50,697 nt of DNA. Origin: Frateuria sp. (GTDB taxonomy: Bacteria; Pseudomonadota; Gammaproteobacteria; Xanthomonadales; Rhodanobacteraceae). The notes beneath the pieces are model-generated. The model searched no databases. It saw only the letters and a program-made list of their open reading frames with translations, and was not told the DNA's origin. The stretch covers positions 1-50,697 of the forward strand of contig NZ_JABFWW010000018.1 of NCBI RefSeq assembly GCF_013362045.1, written 5' to 3'. The stretch's first letter is position 1. Each line of letters starts with the position of its first letter. Below, in pieces: positions 47,152-50,697 of the stretch. Position numbers and translations under genes: made by a program.

Positions 47152-47610
47152 ATGAACATGCGTACCGCTGCATTGGCGAGCCTGATCCTGGCTGGCGCAA
47201 CGGCGCTGTCCGCATGGCCGGTGGAGCGCGCACGCGCCGCCGAGCCGACGGTCAAGTGCGAACTGAGCTACAACCTGCATGGCTGGTCGATCATCTACAA
47301 GCAGGCCGAAGGCACCGGCACGGTCCACTGCAACAACGGGCAGAGCGCTCCGGTGAAGATCAGCGTGATCGGCGGCGGCCTGACCGCCGGCAAATACCGC
47401 ATCGACAACGGCAAGGGCGAAATCTCCAAGGTGCACGGCATAAGCGAGGTCTTCGGCGACTACGTGCAGGCGGGCGCCGAGGCCGGCGTGGTCAAGAGCG
47501 CGCACGTGCAGGTGCTGACCAAGGGGACCACCTCGCTCGCCCTGTCCGGCACCGGCCAGGGCATCGACCTGGGCGTGTCGGTGGGCAAGTTCACCATCGC
47601 CCGCCGGTAG
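47152..47610 (+). CDS. Secreted beta-rich hypothetical protein (DUF992/EipA-like)
   Basis: GAGGAG RBS; signal peptide; two Cys; Gly-rich beta strands. Confidence 0.7.
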   Translation: MNMRTAALASLILAGATALSAWPVERARAAEPTVKCELSYNLHGWSIIYKQAEGTGTVHCNNGQSAPVKISVIGGGLTAGKYRIDNGKGEISKVHGISEVFGDYVQAGAEAGVVKSAHVQVLTKGTTSLALSGTGQGIDLGVSVGKFTIARR

Positions 47611-47724
47611 TCGGGCAGAGGGCCTGCACCCATCGTTCGGGCATCGACGGTGGACGGTCCGGCTGCCCTGCGCATCCGCCGCGGCGTACACTCGGCGGGC
47701 CTTGCCTTCCCTCGGAGTCCCGCC

Positions 47725-48255
47725 ATGCGTCGCCTGTTGCCGTCCATTGCGATCATCCTGTTTGCCGGCCTCATCGCACCGGCCTGGGCCGCCATGCCCG
47801 CGGTCGGCCAGCCGGCCCCGGGCTTCCGCCTGCAGGACCAGAACGGCCACTGGCAGACGCCGGCCGATCACCATGGCCGCTGGCTGGTGCTGTACTTCTA
47901 TCCGAAGGACTTCACCCCCGGCTGCACCACCGAGGTGTGCACCTTCCGCGACGACGTCCTGAAGCTGCGCAAGGCTGGGGCCGACGTGGTCGGCGTCAGC
48001 CTGGACGACGTCAAGTCGCACGCGGACTTCGCCCGCAAGTACCACGTGCCGTTTCCGCTGCTGTCCGACGCCGACCGCAAGGTGGCCGAGTCCTATGGCG
48101 TGCTGACCAGCACGATGGGCATGCACTACGCCAAGCGCACCACTTTCCTGATCGACCCCAGGGGCAACGTCGCCAAGATCTACCGGGACGTCGACCCGGA
48201 GAAGAATTCCGCGCAGGTGCTGGCCGATCTGGCCACGCTGAAGGCGGCGTCCTGA
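47725..48255 (+). CDS. bcp: Peroxiredoxin BCP/PrxQ with N-terminal signal peptide
   Basis: FYPKDFTPGCTTEVC, GVSLD, FPLLSD, RTTFLID. Confidence 0.88.
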   Translation: MRRLLPSIAIILFAGLIAPAWAAMPAVGQPAPGFRLQDQNGHWQTPADHHGRWLVLYFYPKDFTPGCTTEVCTFRDDVLKLRKAGADVVGVSLDDVKSHADFARKYHVPFPLLSDADRKVAESYGVLTSTMGMHYAKRTTFLIDPRGNVAKIYRDVDPEKNSAQVLADLATLKAAS

Positions 48256-48713
48256 TGGCGCAGGCTGCCGTCGCAATGCTGCCGCGCTTCGCCGCCTGGC
48301 GCGTGGCCGCCTGGATGTTGCTGCTGCTCGCCGCCTTCGGCGGCGTGCAGTACCTGCGTTATGGCGACTGGCCCTACCTGGCCGGGACGCTGGTGGTCAT
48401 CGTGGTCTGCGCCGGCAGCATCCTGCGCCAGCCCTGGGCGCGGCAGGCGCTGCGCGTGGTGGCGTTGCTGCTGGTGCTGTGGGTGCTGGCCAGCGGCGGC
48501 CTGATGTTCGCGCAGTGGGACCAGTTCGCCCAGGCGCGCGCCCATGCGCTGGCCCAGCCGCGGCCGGAAATCCTGCTGCTGGTGATCGAGCAGGCCCGCC
48601 GCAGCTACCTGCTCGGCCTGTTGCTCAAGGCCATGCTGGTCCCGCTGCTGCTGTGGCTGGCCTGGCAACTGGGTCAGCCGGCGGTGCGCGCGCAGTTCGT
48701 GGCTCGCCAATAG
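48255..48713 (+). CDS. Hypothetical membrane protein
   Basis: TGATG overlap with bcp; about four hydrophobic segments. Confidence 0.7.
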   Translation: MAQAAVAMLPRFAAWRVAAWMLLLLAAFGGVQYLRYGDWPYLAGTLVVIVVCAGSILRQPWARQALRVVALLLVLWVLASGGLMFAQWDQFAQARAHALAQPRPEILLLVIEQARRSYLLGLLLKAMLVPLLLWLAWQLGQPAVRAQFVARQ

Positions 48714-48760
48714 CGCCAGCGCGCTAGACTTCCGGCACCCGAATCGCCGAGAGCTAAGGG

Positions 48761-49603
48761 ATGAAGCGCTTGCTATTGGGAATGCTGGGACTATTGCTGG
48801 CCGGCTCCGTGTCCGCCGGCGGACTGCTCGCCGTGCGTGCGAGGGTCGAAGGCAGCATGGTGGTGACGGGCACGATCGGCGTCACGCCGCAGGGCACGGT
48901 GCTCGGCTACACGCTCGACCAGTCGGAGAAGCTGCCGCCGGTCGTCGTGGAGGTGATCGGCAAGACCGTGCCGGGCTGGACTTTCCAGCCGGTGCTGCAG
49001 GACGGCAAGCCGGTGGCGGCCAAGGCGAAGATGAACTTGCGCCTGGTGGCCAGGCCCCTCGGCGAGGGCAAGTACCAGGTGGCCGTACGCAGCGCCTACT
49101 TCGGTGACGAGGAAGCCGCCGCCAAGGAGATGGTGGTCACCAGGACGAAACCGCGCTACCCGCGCGAGGCGATCCAGGAGCGGGTCAGCGGTACGGCTTA
49201 CGCGATCCTGCGCATCGACCGTGCAGGCCACGTCGCCGATGCGTTCGCCCGGCAGGTGAACATGCGCGTGCTCGCCGACGACAAGGAGCTGGAGCGCATG
49301 CGCAAGCTGTTCGCCGAGGCGACGGTGAAGGCCCTGCAGCAATGGATCTTCGTACCGGCGGAGCCTGCCGACCGCAAGCCTTACCGCATCGTCCAGGTGC
49401 CCGTGAGCTACGAGGTGTCCGAGGCGGGGCACCTGCCGTTCCGCGAGGTTTACGGCCAGTGGCAGAGCTACGTGCCGGGCCCGACGGAACCCGCGCCCTG
49501 GTTCGACAGGGACATGATGCTCACCGGCGGCGACGCCCTGCCGGGCGATGGCGTCTACGGCCCGTCCAGCCTTTCGCTGCTGACGCCGCTCGACAACGGC
49601 TGA
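48761..49603 (+). CDS. TonB-family protein with two TonB-C-like domains
   Basis: N-terminal hydrophobic segment; WTFQPVLQDGKPV; PRYPREA...VSGT; ALQQWIFVPA. Confidence 0.8.
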   Translation: MKRLLLGMLGLLLAGSVSAGGLLAVRARVEGSMVVTGTIGVTPQGTVLGYTLDQSEKLPPVVVEVIGKTVPGWTFQPVLQDGKPVAAKAKMNLRLVARPLGEGKYQVAVRSAYFGDEEAAAKEMVVTRTKPRYPREAIQERVSGTAYAILRIDRAGHVADAFARQVNMRVLADDKELERMRKLFAEATVKALQQWIFVPAEPADRKPYRIVQVPVSYEVSEAGHLPFREVYGQWQSYVPGPTEPAPWFDRDMMLTGGDALPGDGVYGPSSLSLLTPLDNG

Positions 49604-49682
49604 GCCGCGCGCCGCGGGCGGTTCAGCCCGGGTTGACGCAGGGGCGGGTATCGCTTGAGGCCCGCCCACCCGGAAGCACGCG

Positions 49683-50435
49683 ATGCGCCCGCGGTATCTG
49701 ATCGCCTGTCTCATGCTGTCCACCCCGTTGCCGCTCCTGCACGCGCAGGACCTGGCGGCGACCTGCCACGCCAGCAGCAGCTACGACCTGACGGTCAAGC
49801 CGGACGCCCTGCTTTTCGACCGGCCGCAGCCGGCGCCCTTCCAAGTGCAGCTGGCCAGCGGCAGCCTGCGCACCGACGGCCGGCCGGTGCGGCTGGATGC
49901 CGAGAGCCAGGACCGGCTGGCCCTGTTCGAGCGCGAACTGCGCGCGCTGGTGCCGCGCGTGCGCGCCGTCGCCGTCGCCGGCGTGGAACTGGCCATGCGC
50001 GCGATGCACGACGAGGCAGCCGGCATGCGCCTGGCCCCCGCCACGATGGCCGAACTGGATCGCCGCCTCGCCGCGCACGCGGCCGAACTGCGGCAACGCA
50101 TCGCGCAGAGCAACAGCACGCACGACTGGCAGGGCGACCTGGCGCAGCAATACGCCGACCGCATCGCCGGCGACCTGGTACCGCTGGTCGCCGGCGACCT
50201 GGGCCAGCAGGCGCTCGCCGCCGCCATGAGCGGCGACCTGGACGAGGCCGCGCGCCTGCGCGATCAGGCGGCGGACCTGGCCACCCAGCTGCAGCCGCGG
50301 CTGCAGCGGCGCATGCAGGCGCTGCGCCCGCAGGTGCAGGCCTTGTGCCCGTCGATCCGGCGCCTGGCGGACCTGCAGCAGGGCGTGCGCGGTGCCGATG
50401 GGCAACCGCTGGACCTGGTGCAGGTCGGGGGATGA
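49683..50435 (+). CDS. DUF2884 (YggN-like) secreted protein
   Basis: Signal peptide, TC...YDL N-terminus, helical body, ALC near C-terminus. Confidence 0.7.
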   Translation: MRPRYLIACLMLSTPLPLLHAQDLAATCHASSSYDLTVKPDALLFDRPQPAPFQVQLASGSLRTDGRPVRLDAESQDRLALFERELRALVPRVRAVAVAGVELAMRAMHDEAAGMRLAPATMAELDRRLAAHAAELRQRIAQSNSTHDWQGDLAQQYADRIAGDLVPLVAGDLGQQALAAAMSGDLDEAARLRDQAADLATQLQPRLQRRMQALRPQVQALCPSIRRLADLQQGVRGADGQPLDLVQVGG

Positions 50436-50684
50436 GGCGGCTCGCGCCGCCTGCCGGCGCTCCGGCGGCAGCAGGCGGGCGACCTTTCCCGGACGTGCTC
50501 CTGGCCGGCGCGCGCCGCGCCGCTTGTCGCTTACGGCTGCGCCGCCAAGGCCTGGCAGTGCTGGCCGGGCGCAGGACATGCGCCGTAGTCGCCGCGTGAA
50601 TGCGCGCGCACATTCCGAACGTTGCCTGAGGACGAAAGTGCGCGCGGCGCAAATTAATCCACGGCTAAGTAGCGAGGTCCGACC

Positions 50685-50697
50685 ATGGCCGCTCCCT
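50685..50697 (+). CDS. Probable start of a gene truncated by the window end
   Basis: GAGG RBS then ATG GCC GCT CCC. Confidence 0.4.

Noticed and set aside
50626-50637. CTGAGGACGAAA resembling a hammerhead ribozyme core
   Set aside because: No stem II, no proper stem I, and the UH cleavage site is out of register with the flanking helix.

Overview
GC-rich (roughly 70% by eye) gammaproteobacterial chromosome segment. Gene content and repeat types suggest Xanthomonadales, probably Rhodanobacteraceae (inference). It has about 43 complete CDSs and two truncated at the window edges. I saw no rRNA, tRNA, CRISPR array, transposase or phage gene. Housekeeping genes: amn, grxD fusion, alaA, rsgA, maeB, aceE, bcp. 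Most notable is a five-gene module at 3888-13388: a 12-Cys TonB-dependent receptor, three cytoplasmic TPR-sulfotransferases with tyrosylprotein-sulfotransferase-like motifs, and a TPR-fused Asp/Asn beta-hydroxylase of the two-His ASPH type. This is a candidate protein/peptide sulfation-hydroxylation system with no identified substrate. Also notable: (i) a six-gene uncharacterised catabolic/stress cluster (ThDP enzyme, mandelate-racemase-like enolase, FAD/4Fe-4S oxidoreductase, DUF296, ASRT-like protein, SDR); (ii) a palindromic repeat family, one copy of which sits in frame inside the oxidoreductase; (iii) a membrane LytTR regulator divergent from a Tat-exported BBE-like flavoenzyme, with three 21-bp-phased AlgR-like direct repeats between them; (iv) several probable leaderless genes. 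Family assignments come from motif recognition only, with no database searches.
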